A stretch of DNA of 63,942 nucleotides, the filler included, from Octopus bimaculoides (Eukaryota), in the NCBI RefSeq assembly GCF_001194135.2. It is 8 parts of 8 records of this genome, joined end to end, with 100 filler letters (N's around TTAATTAATTAA, not from the genome) between each part and the next. Parts side by side here need not be neighbours in the genome. Positions count along the whole stretch, not along the records: positions 1 to 28,822 come from NC_069005.1; 7 more parts are not named here. One strand, 5' to 3'. Shown one piece after another: positions 13,957-26,446 of the stretch. The notes under the pieces were generated by a model that made no database searches, was not told the DNA's origin, and was given only the letters and a program-made list of their open reading frames with translations. The stretch's first letter is position 1, and each line of letters starts with the position of its first letter. The translations under genes and the position numbers were made by a program.

Positions 13957-14038
13957 CCTACCGAAGAGGACAAATTTGACCTTTATGATGTTCTATTTAT
14001 GGAAACCTTGGTCCTTTTATCCGAGACAATTGTCTGGG
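13957..14038 (+). ncRNA. Degenerate PLE-type hammerhead motif
   Basis: CCTA CCGAAGA GGA..long loop..TCC GAGAC AATT GTC^TGGG. Palindromic GACAATTGTC stem III; two core substitutions. Confidence 0.45.
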
Positions 14039-14519
14039 AATATGAAATATGAAATAAAAACTTAATCTCTTTTTACATCCAATCTGATTCATTTATTTTA
14101 TTTGATGAAATTTATTAAACTTTGAATGCTTTCATACCTATATGTTGTTTTTTTTAAATTTGCAAATAAACTATGAGGAAAAGTCATAAAAAATCTACAG
14201 AAATAATTCCTATTATAGGACAAAGATAAAGTCATCCGGATAAACATATGATACATATATATAAATATATATAAGTCTGTATAGAAAGAAGTTGTTCTTT
14301 CTCAGGGATATATTATCCAAGCGTACACCAGTTTTGCACTATATCAATTAGCAATACCGGAAATTTTTCATGTGTATATGTACTAGTGTTTATCATTGGT
14401 TCTTCTTCAATGATAGTACTTTACATCTTTGAAATTCCAAATGTCACTATGAAGATTTCCATCATTTTTGATATAAGGAAAAAAAATTTAATTCAAAGAA
14501 AACAGAGAATACATATACT

Positions 14520-15175
14520 GAATAATCAATTTATTATCATAGTCTTCATATATTCCTTTTTAGATGGTATTGGAATATTTTTTATTAATATGTCTATGTC
14601 TATCTTCTCCATTTTATGGGTGGAATGCTTACTGAAGCTGCGTATATAACGAGTGATTAACAAATCTGTATCGAAAGAAGTTGTTCTTTCTTATGGATAT
14701 ATTATCCAAGCATATACCAGTTTTGCACTATATTGATTAACGATACTGGAAATTTTTCAAGTGTATATGTACTAATGTTTATCGTTGGTTCTTCTTCAAT
14801 ATTAGTACTTTTGAATTTTTAAACTTTTTTCTCCTATATCAAAAATGATGGAAACCTCTATAACAACAACTGGAATTTCAGAGGTGTAAAGTACTAATAT
14901 TGAAAAACCAACAATAAACACTAGTACATATGCACATGAAAAATTTCCAGTATCATTAATTGATATAGTGCAAAATTGTTGTATGCTTGGATAATATATC
15001 CCAAAGAAAAAACAACTTCTTTCTATACAGACTTATTAATCACTCATTATATATGCAGCCTCAATAAGCGTTCCACCCGTAAAATGAACAAGACAGATAT
15101 AGACATATCAATGAAAGATATTCTAATACCATCTAAAAGGAATATATGAAGGCTATGAGAATAAATTGATTATTC
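14520..15175. repeat. Foldback/inverted repeat, about 290-bp arms (14520-14810 and 14889-15175); extra partial copies near 14272-14440 and 17250-17290
   Basis: The reverse complement of the right arm aligns along the whole left arm (roughly 80% identical by eye). Confidence 0.88.
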
Positions 15176-15199
15176 TGTGTATGTATTCTCCATTTTCTT

Positions 15200-15815
15200 T
15201 GAATTTTTAGGTTGCACTGATAGACTGCAAAAACTCAGATAATGTAAAAGACGGTGGCAATACAATTGAAATGAATCATCAAAAAAGATCCAACAAAAAA
15301 GACTGCTGATACCACAATGCTCCAGACACAAACAATCAAATGGAACATCATGAAAACAGAATCAAAATGCCACCAAATAAACATAAAAATAATAATAGTA
15401 CAAATAACTGCACATGCCATAGAAAATCTGCTTGTCCACTCATGAAGCAATGTATCCAAAAGACATAGTATACAAATGCAAAATCTCCACATCCCAACAT
15501 AAATACATGGACATAGATGCCATGGAAAACCAATTCAAAGTCCATTATTGCAACCACGTCTCTTCATTCCACAAAATAAACAGACAACATGCAACTTCAC
15601 TGGCAGACATAATACAGAGACTGAAAGAATCAAAAACTAAATATGAAAGGAAATGGTCAATAATAAAAAATGACACCCATGTAATTCACTATCCAACAAA
15701 TGTGACCTTGGCTTTGAGGAAGCATTGAGTATACTGCTGAGTAATGAGAACCTGGTAAACAAGCATGATGAGAAAATTCCAAGGTGTAGCCACCACATCA
15801 AATATGCATTTTCAA
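15200..15815 (+). mobile_element. Penelope-like GIY-YIG fragment, decayed
   Basis: KDIVYKCKI...ENQFKVHYCNHVSSF...TSLADII.RLKE...KWSIIK, followed by a degenerate C..C..EK...LVNK...RCSHHIKY. Confidence 0.8.
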
Positions 15816-16324
15816 GATGGGACAGTGTATAAAGATTATAATATCTATTATTCTATTTCACCACATGCATCCTTTCCGTCTCATGTCTATATATATATGA
15901 TGGAGTGTGTGTATATATATGGAGTGCCTAACAATATGCCTATGTGCATGAGTATAGATAAATGTATGTGCATCTATGTATGGGTGTGAAAGTGTTTGTT
16001 GATCAGTGTGTGTGTATGCGTGTGTGTGTGTGTATATGTATGGGGACGCCCAGAGATGTAATTGTGTGTATATGTGTGTCAGTGATTGTATATGTATGAG
16101 TGTATGTGTGAGTGTATTTGGGAAATAATAAAGTTTAGCATGTGCAACCTAACATGTGAAACAAAACGGACAGCCAATGTATACAATGCCACTCATGTCG
16201 AGCATGTAGAGGCATGCTGACAGCAAGCAAACTGGAACTGCCAGTGTCTACTAGATTCAAAAGAGCCAGTTAGATGTGTTAGCATCAAAGTCAAAGATTT
16301 ACTTACGGGGAAAGCGATTATATA

Positions 16325-16412
16325 TCACCTGAGGAGATACAACTGGATCCCATTGCTTAATTTAAGTCCTGTATATATGTGGATCTATGTTGTATCGCAA
16401 CATGTGTAGCAT
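16325..16412 (+). ncRNA. Degenerate PLE-type hammerhead motif
   Basis: CTGAGGA GATACAAC..45 nt..GTTGTATC GCAAC ATGT GTA. Perfect 8-bp stem II, A13 changed to C, weak stem I. Lies downstream of a same-strand GIY-YIG fragment. Confidence 0.5.
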
Positions 16413-17622
16413 TTATTTAATAGCTCTAAACATACTCCTTCCTGTTGACTCTAGTTATTCAATTTTCATATATATATATATATAATTGTTATATATTGCA
16501 GTTGGTTAGGATCATGTTGATCATAAGGTATTAGCTTACTAGCTTCCAACATGTTATTAGCTAGCAGTCCACATTGAAGGAACATTGATAAATTATTTAC
16601 TTAATTAATCAACTAATAATATTTCAATTTCATCATTCCAATGTAAAATTTAGAACAATTATTTAAAGTTAACAGGTACTCCACAACTCCAATTTCAGTA
16701 GTAATATTAGTCATATATGGCATGCAGCACATAAATACAATTGGAGGAGATTAGACAATAGCAGTTCAAGCCCTGCAACATATGTTTCATTATCAAGACA
16801 TTTTATCCATAATTTCATGCACTGCATCATTATCATATCCATTTCTTTTTTTTTTATCTCAAGTTAGTTTCAATGAAGACTATTTCAGCTGTTCAAATCA
16901 ATAGAATTATCTATTTAATGTATCAGAGTAATAAGTAGCTGAGTATTCCATAGATATTTGTATCTTTAATACTCAGGTAGTCACAATATAATACTTTATA
17001 TGACAAAGAATGGATCCTCAAATCAATGCTACTGTCCATCCTATAGGTTTCCACGCACAGTTTCTATTTGCCAAATTTCATTCACAAGACTTGGGTTGAC
17101 TCAACTCAACTTAAGGTATAAGACACTTGCCAGAGGTCAGAGTATGACTGAACCCAAAACCTCGTATTAGTGTAGCTAATTTCTTAACCATTCGGTCATT
17201 CCTGCATCCCATATATCAGCTCTATATTTCCTTACATCCACTGTAATCCATTGATATAGTGCAAAACTGGTGTACACTTGGATAATATATCACATTAAAT
17301 CCTTGGGTGCTTTTAACACAGCCCACTCTGTTACAAATATTCAGAGCTGGCCTTTATTCTGAGGTTGACCATGTGCCATAGTTTCTTCAGACACCCCCTT
17401 GTGCATGCATGCACACACACACACAAACACGCACACCACCACTACCACCACCACCACAACCAGCAACAGCAACAGCATCAGCAGCAGCGGTCTTAGCATC
17501 CATGAGAAAGAAAGGATCATAGGTACATCGGTTTTTTTTTTCTCTAGTTAAAGTTCTAAGAATAAAATAAACACAACGTGTTGCTTGCAATACAGTATCA
17601 ATGTGAAGAATAAAAAATTTAC

Positions 17623-17799
17623 CAGAATACAATAGGAAGAGATCTGGTTGTCTTGGAGAATAGCTGTGACATCTTCCAAATTGGCACTGCCCAGTGTACG
17701 GAAGAAATTAGTCTGTAGATCCTCATGACACATAAGTAACTTGTTTTGACTTAGTAAAACACAGCAACCAATACAGCTGTTTGATATCACTCCACGATT
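17623..17799 (-). CDS. PLEKHM2: PLEKHM2-like coding exon: NRGVISNSCIGCCVLLSQNKLLMCHEDLQTNFFRTLGSANLEDVTAILQDNQISSYCIL
   Basis: Acceptor tttcactttcag, donor gtaaat, 177 nt, phase 0/0. CHEDLQTNFFRTLGSA resembles recalled CHEDCQTSFFRSLGTA. Confidence 0.92.
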
Positions 17800-17829
17800 C
17801 TGAAAGTGAAAGTGAAACAAATAATGAAA

Positions 17830-18810
17830 TAAACAGAAGTAGATGGGTCAGTAGGAGGCTTACAGAGTTATTTTGCAAACCCACATCACTCCACATTTAC
17901 TTCCACTGCCACTCCGACCATCCGCATCATATAATTCAATCAAATCCAAAATCCCAAATTTTAAGGATAAAATGGATTTGTACTGATATAGGGGACTACT
18001 GGAAACATGCTTTTGTACACCATTATGTCAAACATGGTTACAGTAAATCACAATTAAAGGAAATTGCAAATGACATAGCTAAGATTAGCAAGGAAAGTCA
18101 AATTTTCCCACACAATTTTAGCAAAGTACAATGATGGAATTCTTTTAGTGATTAACTGGCACCAACATTTTGCTGTCATTTCAAAAGTGTTACATAAAAG
18201 TTAGCAGCATGTTGTGGAAAAATATCCCTGTTTCTAACATATATTTCTTCCGTTGCCTATTGTAGCCTTTAGACAGAATAAAAACATAAGAGAACTATTA
18301 ACCTCTATTTTTGACTCCAAGAAAACTAACATTGTAGTTTCTGCACACAGTACCTTGAAAAACAGCCACAAGAGAGGTAAGCCCTGTTCATTATGCAACA
18401 ACATGAGTCAAGTCAATTCCATCAGGAATCATAACAGAAATGCTGAGATTTACATGGAAGAAGAGATGTGTAGAAATTCCCATTTGGTGTACGCATCAGA
18501 ATGCACCAAACATAACTTGATTTATGTTGGTTGTACAACAGAACAATTATACAAAAGATTCAATGGGCACAGATATGATGTCAGGCACAATAACAGTAGT
18601 TTGACAGAATTTGCCGAACATTTTGCATCAAACGGCTGCAATTTTGAAAAAGACTTGAAAGTGCATATTCTCAGAAAATATTCTGAATCTGCTTCACTTT
18701 CAGTCCTCAAAATGCATGAGGAGAAATATGTTTGAGAGTTATTAACATAACACTCTGGAAGGATGAATAAAATGACAGGAGAATTTCATCATATTTACAC
18801 AAAACTGATT
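17830..18810 (+). mobile_element. Penelope-like element fragment (RT thumb + GIY-YIG)
   Basis: KPTSLHIYFHCHSDHPHHIIQSNPKSQILRIKWIC; PIVAFRQNKNIRELL; HLVYASECTKHNLIYVGCTTEQLYKRFNGHR. Confidence 0.88.
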
Positions 18811-19575
18811 AAATATTCTTCTTTTTCCTTTTCTTTTCTTCTTTCTTCTTACCAGTTGTAAACTTGAGAATTGAAGACTGATGATGTCATTCCATCAACA
18901 TGGGAACACTGGTTGCCTCATTCAAATTTTGGATTTGAATTTTTATAATTTTGGATTTGTATGTATCACTTTTTATTTTGAACTCAACAAATACAGACTA
19001 GCTGTTGAAACATTGTTCAACTAATAAAACATCTATTGCAATCACATTGCACTCTTTGTATTGTCTATTTACCTTTATGAGGAGTTACATCAATCCTTTT
19101 AAAATATCATCATCATCATCATCACCATCACCATCACCACCACCATCATCATCATCATCATGATCATCATCATCATCATAAATAATATTAATACTCTAAC
19201 TTTCTGCTTTTGTACATACCTGTTGTGTGCGTCACACTTACTTCAAAGAAGTGGCAAAGCAACAGAGAAGACAGAGAGGAAGTAAGAGAGTGAGAGAGAA
19301 AGTGAGAGAATGAGAAAGAGAGAGAATGAAAGAGACAGTGAGTAGTGACGATGTTCATTTTGTTTTTTTTAAATATTTATCACATTGCAAGAGAAGTAGA
19401 TACATAGATACATATACACATTGTTAAATCAAAAGTGGGAGAGAAGAAGGACACTTTGTGTCCCTCTTCTTTCCTGCTTTTGATTTAACAATGTGAAAGA
19501 GAAAGAGAGAAAGTGAGAGAGACAGTAGATACATAAATCCAAAGAAAAGTTCATACATAGATACATACACACAGT

Positions 19576-19958
19576 GGAGGCGCAATGGCCCAGTGGTTAG
19601 GGCAGTGGACTCGCAGTCATAGGATCGCAGTTTCGATTCCCAGACTGGGCGTTGTGAGTGTTTATTGAGCGAAAACACCTAAAGCTCCACGAGGCTCCGG
19701 AATGGGATGGTGGCAAACCCTACTGTACTCTTTCACCACAACTTTCTCTCACTCTTACTTCCTGTTTCTATTGTGCCTGTAATTCAAAGGTCAGCCTTGT
19801 CACAATGTGTCATGCTGAATATCCCCAAGAACTACGTTAAGGGTACACGTGTCTGTGGAGTGCTCAGCCACTTGCACGTTAATTTCACAAGCAGGCTGTT
19901 CTGTTGATTGGATCAACTGGAACCCTTGACGTCATAAGCGACGGAGTGCCAACAACAA
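19576..19958 (+). mobile_element. tRNA-derived SINE, family 1 variant with a different central segment
   Basis: Head tggcccagtggttag...gtttcgattccc; 3' half matches 400-570. Confidence 0.8.
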
Positions 19959-20139
19959 CATACACACAGCAAATATTGGATGTCAGTTTCACTTTTCATT
20001 ACCACACGAGAATAAAATTAACTCACAAATGGTTGAGTACTCCACAAACATGCATAACATTAACTTAGTTCTCAGGGAGATTCAGCCTCACACAGAATAT
20101 GACAAGGCTTGCCCCTTTGAATTACAGCTACAACTCAAG

Positions 20140-20175
<36 letters not shown>

Positions 20176-21890
20176 GAATGTATTTGTGTGTGTGTATAGT
20201 TTAGGTTAGTTAAAAATGTTTGCAATAATAAGTGTCGCATGGTGGAAATAAATGCAATTACCAAACTTTCATTCATAAATCCATTTATTATTTCATTCTT
20301 TTGCATATCAATTTGTACATGAAGGTTCTTTGAATATGTATGTTGTATTTTAAGGCTAAATAGTAATACCATTTATGTTTGTGTAACTGAAATATTTTGG
20401 TTGGATTATATAGTCATTGGTGTTATAATACTTTCTATATTCTGTAACTGTCACAATATACTTTTCTAGACCTGATTTTTTTGTAGGGAGGGGCCAGTTG
20501 ATTAGATCAACCCCAGTACACAACTGATACTTAATTTATCGACCCCGAAAGGACAAAAGGCACAGTCAATCTCGGCAGAATTTGAACGCAGAGCATCATA
20601 ATATACAAACATTTCTCATGGCACCAGTACACTGTTTACAGATGCTTACATTTTTTTATGTTTTCCATGAATTTTTCACAGACCCAGCTAGTTATTATTA
20701 TCATTATCATTATTATTATAAGCTTTGTGCTGCTAATAGAAAGGGTTATTATAAACACTCCTAAGATAGTGAACTGTAGAATTGTGAGAATGTCAAAAAA
20801 TTCACTATGGTATTTGTTCTGACCCTGTACATTCTGCATTCAAATCCCACCAAGGTCAACTCTATGCTTCATCCAAGTACTAGTCTGGCACTGGGGGGTC
20901 AATTAAATAAACTAACCTCCCTCTTCTTAAAATTGCTAGTCTTGTGCTTAAATTAGTTAAGGCATTGGACACAATGCCTTATAGTATTTGTCTTATAGTA
21001 TGGTTCTTTACATTCAGAATTCAAATCCTGTCAATGTCAATTTTATCTTTCATCTCTCCATGATCTACAAAATTAGATATCAATCAAATACTAAAATTAA
21101 TGATATTAACAATTCCACTCCCCTCAAAACTGTTAGCTGAGTGCCCAAAGTAGAAACAAATATTATAAACACTTTGTTCCAGTTATTTATGTTCTAAGTT
21201 CAAATACTGTTCATCTCTCCAAGGTTAATAAAATAAAGTCCCAAATCAAGTACAGAGGCCAATGAAATTTACGAATCCCCCTCCTCTTAAAATTGCTGTT
21301 TTTGTGCCTAAACTAGAAGCTATTATTATTATTATAAGCACTCATAAGACACAAAAGATTGTACCTTTGAATTCGCATGTACTACATTCTTAGCAATAAC
21401 ATCTGCCAATTTAATCCCCTTCAGGGACTTCCTTTAACTTTAGCTGTATCCAACATTATTATAATTTATTATTACAATCACTGTAATATCACTGAAGTAT
21501 GTCTTTTGGTTCAACTCATGCCACTCTAGCTATCCAGGAAATATGTTAAATTTTCCTCCAGGGCTCTTTTTAACTGCAGGTAGGTGTCTCATAGCATCTG
21601 GCCTTGTACCAACGTATTACATCCAAAGACTGGATCTTTGGATTCAGTAGTACTGTACTCCTGACAATAACATCTGTTAATAGGTCTTGCAAATATTAAG
21701 CCATGAAGATTTGTTTTAAAATTTGGATTAAGAAGACACTGCAAGAGAGCAGAGTCAAATGCTTCGACCGACCTCTAAGTGAGAAGTGTCACCTATCACA
21801 ACTAAACCTCCAAGTGTGTGGTATTATCAGTCTGCCTCTAATGTGTCATCATCTTCCATTGTACCCCAGTTCTACTTCTCATTCACTCAC

Positions 21891-22122
21891 CTGCATGACT
21901 TCAGAGGCAGCCTGACAGAAGCTCTGTTGCCACTCATTAGCCTCCAGTGGTGTAGCAGCAGCAATGTACCAGTAGTCACCATTGGTCAACATAATTTCTA
22001 TGGTGTTCTCTCTGTCGCTATCAGTAGCTCGTCGGCATCCAGTACAGTCCTCAATGCCCATGTTGATGAAAGCTGAAGGTTTACTATCTGTCTTGTTGTT
22101 ATACATACAAAGTGCTCCATCC
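21891..22122 (-). CDS. PLEKHM2: PLEKHM2-like coding exon, PH domain body: DGALCMYNNKTDSKPSAFINMGIEDCTGCRRATDSDRENTIEIMLTNGDYWYIAAATPLEANEWQQSFCQAASEVMQ
   Basis: Acceptor tatttttcag, donor gtgagt, 232 nt. NMG.E.C.GCRRA...DR and EW.Q..CQA.S match the recalled SKIP PH domain. Confidence 0.92.
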
Positions 22123-22429
22123 CTGAAAAATAACAACACATCTGAAATATATTCCTTATGAAATCTTTGGACATCTACTATTTATGAAAGATCACCAGAA
22201 ATTATCTTTCTGCTTTCTGTGTAATTATACCTGACTATCTTTTATTTGTACTTATATTTTCATTAGCTCAAGTGCTGTTTCTTATAGCCAGCTGCTGCTT
22301 ATTTGGATTACAACTCTCATGATGTGACACTGGATTTTAGGCATTTGATGTGGTTTGAGCTCTAATCTGTGCTTATCTATTTATCTACACCTTTTGACGT
22401 ATTCTTACTCTTCATGTGTGTGTATATGT

Positions 22430-22690
22430 AACAGATTGGTTTTACATCAAACAAGGTGTCCACCACAGCTGCATCCTTTCTCCAAATCTCTTTAATATAT
22501 ATCCTGAGGTAATAATGAGAGATGTGTTGTACGGTTTCACTGAAAGCATCAAAATTAATGGTAAGGTCATCACAAATCTGAGTTATGCAGATGATGTAGT
22601 CCTCATAGCCAGCAGCATGCAAAAACTACACGATTTAGTTAATAGAGTAAACAATGCAAGAACTCAAGTTGGGTCTCATCTGAACCCCAC
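22430..22690 (+). mobile_element. LINE RT fragment (RTE-like)
   Basis: KQGVHHSCILSPNLFNIY...ITNLSYADDVVLIA. Confidence 0.8.
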
Positions 22691-22791
22691 CACCCCAAAA
22701 AATAATGTGTGTGTGTGTGCACGCATGCACACATGATATATACTATGAGATATACAATGAGAAAGTTTTAAAAAAGACAGAGTCAACTTAC

Positions 22792-22952
22792 TTGAGTACG
22801 AAATAACCTGGTTTCCACATGAACCCCCTAAAGTAGTCATGGTAACGATGGAGGAGGTATCCTTCCTTGTAGGTCCACTCCCCCTGGTTGCAGGTCAACT
22901 GAGCATCTTCCCAGTGTATCAGCTGGTAACTGTGAAGTTCAACATCATACAT
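22792..22952 (-). CDS. PLEKHM2: PLEKHM2-like coding exon, start of PH domain: MYDVELHSYQLIHWEDAQLTCNQGEWTYKEGYLLHRYHDYFRGFMWKPGYFVL(K)
   Basis: Acceptor tattttcag, donor gtaagt, 161 nt, phase 0 to 2. Contains the LIHWED and KEGYL...WK..YFVL PH-domain motifs. Confidence 0.9.
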
Positions 22953-25024
22953 CTGAAAATACATATATTTTTACATTTTACTCAAAAAACTAAAACCATA
23001 ACTAGTTGAAAATAGCTGAAACTGCTGAAAATTATTTGAAACTAGCCATTGGAGCTGAAACTACTCATCAATTAATTAGTTTCTTATCATCATTGGCATT
23101 TCCTGGTATTGAGAAATCAATGCCATTGAATTTATATACGCGTTCTAAAATGGCTGTATAAGCCTCTTTTTAACCAAAAAACTTCTCTGAGAGTAACAGT
23201 GTGAGTCCTTATTGTTGTCCCTCTTCCTTACACTAATGTCTCTTCAAGTTAACTTTCTGTTGCATTATCAAAAGGACATAAAAATTAGATAAAGCCATGA
23301 ATCATTTTACATATATGCTAACAAGATAATGTTATGAATCACAAAATTCTTGATTGGAGCAGACTTAATATCAGACTGTTGATGCTTCTGATTGTTCTCT
23401 CTATAGAAGAAAAATGCCAAATATGATACAAATTAATTAATTAATTAAATGCAATATTCTGCCCTCACTGCTTCCTTATTTCTCAGCATCCCACCTGCTT
23501 ATCTATCTACCTTTTTGTACCTTAAGGGTACAGCCTCATACCTCACCTCTATTATCCTTTCTCTTTTTCCTGCTGGGGAATCCATGTATCACCTGCTCTT
23601 GTCACTCTTTCCTGTTTTAGCCTCTCTATACCTGGCAGCTGCTACAATACTGACCCCCTACTCTGTGAAGAGGTCTTGTCTTGTGACTTACTCGGTGACA
23701 CCCCCCACCCCCACCCCACTGGTGCTGGTGCCATGAAAAAGGAAAAAACAGTATACTCTATAAAGTGGTTGGCATTAAGAAGGACATCCAGCTTTAGAAA
23801 CTTAGTCAAAGCAGACACTGAAGACCAACACAACCTTCAAGCTGGTTGGATCCTGTTGAACCATCCAACCCATTCCAGCATGGAACATGGACAGTAAACA
23901 ATGATGATGTAAAATGTCTATATTTACAGTGGCTGTACAAGTTAAGGTGTTGGACTAGTAACTACATGGTCATGATTTCAAATGGTATAACTATATCACT
24001 ATAGCTCTGATCACAGCCTTTATCAGAGATAATTGGGACTACATGAGAACAAGGATGACAATAACATTAGAAGTCATTACATGGTAGCTTCTTGGTTCAC
24101 AAACGAGGGAGTCATGGCTGGAATGCTTTTGATCAAAGGTTTACTGGACCAAGGTTGCTTGGAGCTAAATATCAACAGCAAGGAACCACATCTTAGATAA
24201 TGTGATCCTAGATATACCATGTCTGATTAAAACATAGGATAGTCTTAGCTGGAACACACTTGATCAAAAATATATTGGATCAGGAGAGAGCTGGGCTTAA
24301 ACAACAGCAACAAAGAAAAACACATTATATTAATGTGGCCCTAGATACATTATATCTAAGTAACAGATAGAAAGATTGTTGCTGTAACACATTTGATCAC
24401 AAGTCTGTAAGACCTGAGCAGCCTTTGACTAAACAACTGTAACAACATACACTATCATACCATATATTAGATAATGCACCCTTAAATACACAATCATCAT
24501 TATCATCATCATTTAATGTCTATTTTCCATGCTGGCATGGGTTGGACAGTTTGATAGGAGCTGGCTAGGCATGAGCGTGCACCAGACTTCTGTATCTGTT
24601 TTGGCACGGTTTTTACAGTTGGATGCCCTTCCTAATGTCAACCACCTGGCAGAGTAGACAGAGTGCTTTTTACGTAGTACAAGCAAGGATAGTTTAAGCA
24701 TGGTTTTTAAAGTTGGATGCCCTTCCGAATGCCAACCACTTTACAGTGTGGACTGAATGTTTTTTTGCATGGCATCAGCACTGGCAGGGTCACAATATTT
24801 AAATAAAAGACTGAATGGTCATAGATGGAATGCTTTTGATAATAGGTCTGCTGGATCAAGACTGATCTAGAACTGAACAAAAACAACTGTAGCTGTTCTA
24901 GATACATTATAGCTAGAACATTTTGACCGTTGGTCTGCAGGATGAGAGCTGAGCTGAGTGGTGCTAAATAATAATACCAAACACCAACAAATTAGAAAAA
25001 AGACTAAAGAGGAAGATGACTTAC

Positions 25025-25157
25025 AGAAGACTTTGTCTCTTGGGAAATGTATTTCTTCATTGCTATCTGCTGAGAAGTGGCATCTGTGAGAACACTCAGT
25101 TTTGGGATGTTAAAGAAACTGGTTTCCATAGCATGAGATAAACAGTTAATTATTGAC
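25025..25157 (-). CDS. PLEKHM2: PLEKHM2-like coding exon: (R)SIINCLSHAMETSFFNIPKLSVLTDATSQQIAMKKYISQETKSS
   Basis: Acceptor ctccttccaaccag, donor gtaagt, 133 nt. SVLTDAT...IAMKKYISQETK resembles recalled SILTDAT...LALAKFVAQESK. Confidence 0.88.
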
Positions 25158-25603
25158 CTGGTTGGAAGGAGAGATAAGAGAGAAGAGAAAATTACTTTAT
25201 TCACAGAAATTATTTTATTGAAATTACAGCAAAACAACTAGGGCTGTTTTTAGTAGTGTGCCTGTGGAATTTATATACATGTGTGTGTGCTAGTGTTTCT
25301 ATGTATGCATATACGGAGACTGCATTAGTTTTTCTGAGGACACTTCTTTCAAGAGCTTTAACCTTTTTCTAACTTACTTTTCTACCTTATTTTTCAGATA
25401 AATAATGTCAGACTGACTCAGAAAATGAAAAGGTATGCTGTAATCATTGCCTTAAAAGCTTAGCATATTGATATAGAGATAGCACACTTCCTGGAAGTTG
25501 CCAAGTCCTTCATTGTCAAAGTTCAAAAGGGCCTGGAAGCTGCTGACAGGGATCCAACATCAGCAGCTAAACACAAAAAACAAAACTGATATACCCTGTG
25601 TGT

Positions 25604-25650
<47 letters not shown>

Positions 25651-25893
25651 TGAGTGTGTGTGTGTGTGCATGTGTGTTAAAGTAATAAAGTTAATGTCTG
25701 GTCATAGAGTGATCAATGGTTTCAAATCCATGAAAGCTGTTGCTTCACAGATGACTCATTAGACTCTAGTCCAAAGACAAATTTAACTCTTCACCTCTTA
25801 TTTCTCTCTTTTCAAGATCAGTGATGGTTTGTCACTGGAAAAAGTTATAGTATTTTGCGAGTGGGGTGAGTTTTCATCACTAGCTGGTGATTA

Positions 25894-25940
25894 ACACATG
25901 CTGAGGACAGGTAGCCACCCAGAAACTTGAGTCTGTGTGT
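25894..25940 (+). ncRNA. Type I hammerhead ribozyme motif, copy A
   Basis: ACACATG CTGAGGA CAGGT AGCC ACCCA GAAAC TTGA GTC^TGTGTGT. Catalytic core intact. Stem I has two G-U pairs; stem II has two mismatches next to the core. Confidence 0.85.
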
Positions 25941-26399
25941 ATCACGTAAGGCTAGGGGTGGGAGCAATGACCTCCCCTCGCAAATACTAATCGGACACAG
26001 AATGTGTGTCATTAGCCAGCTGGAAGAGATGTCTTCCTGGGGCTATAGACGCCAATAGCACTGTCCCGTATAGGACGCCACACTTGGTTGGCAATTATAT
26101 GTTACGATTCCATATTGCTACTGTTTACATCTCACCCAGAGATTTAATATAGCTTATTTCTCCTTTTTCAAGATCAGCGACGGTTCTTTCTCAGACATAT
26201 GAAACATTGACAGTGTATATATATCTATATATATATATATATATATATATCATAACATATAATTGCCAACCAAATGTGGCATCCTATACGGGACAGTGCT
26301 ACTAGCGTTTATAGCCCCAGCTGGCTAATAACACACATTCTGTGTCCAATTAGTATTTGCAAGGGGAGGTCATCACTCCCTTCCCTAGCCTAATGTGAT

Positions 26400-26446
26400 A
26401 CACATGGACTCGAGTTTCTGGGTGGTTACCCATCCTCAGTGTGTGT
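26400..26446 (-). ncRNA. Type I hammerhead ribozyme motif, copy B
   Basis: Minus strand ACACACA CTGAGGA TGGGT AACC ACCCA GAAAC TCGA GTC^CATGTGT. Intact core, perfect 5-bp stem II, palindromic ACTCGAGT stem III; two mismatches at the core end of stem I. Confidence 0.9.

Noticed and set aside
18875-19025. CTGATGA ... GAAACATTGTTC downstream of a PLE
   Set aside because: Stems I and II cannot be paired convincingly; at most a very decayed remnant.
19576-19650. tRNA gene candidates at SINE heads
   Set aside because: They have A and B boxes but no full cloverleaf, and they continue into SINE bodies.
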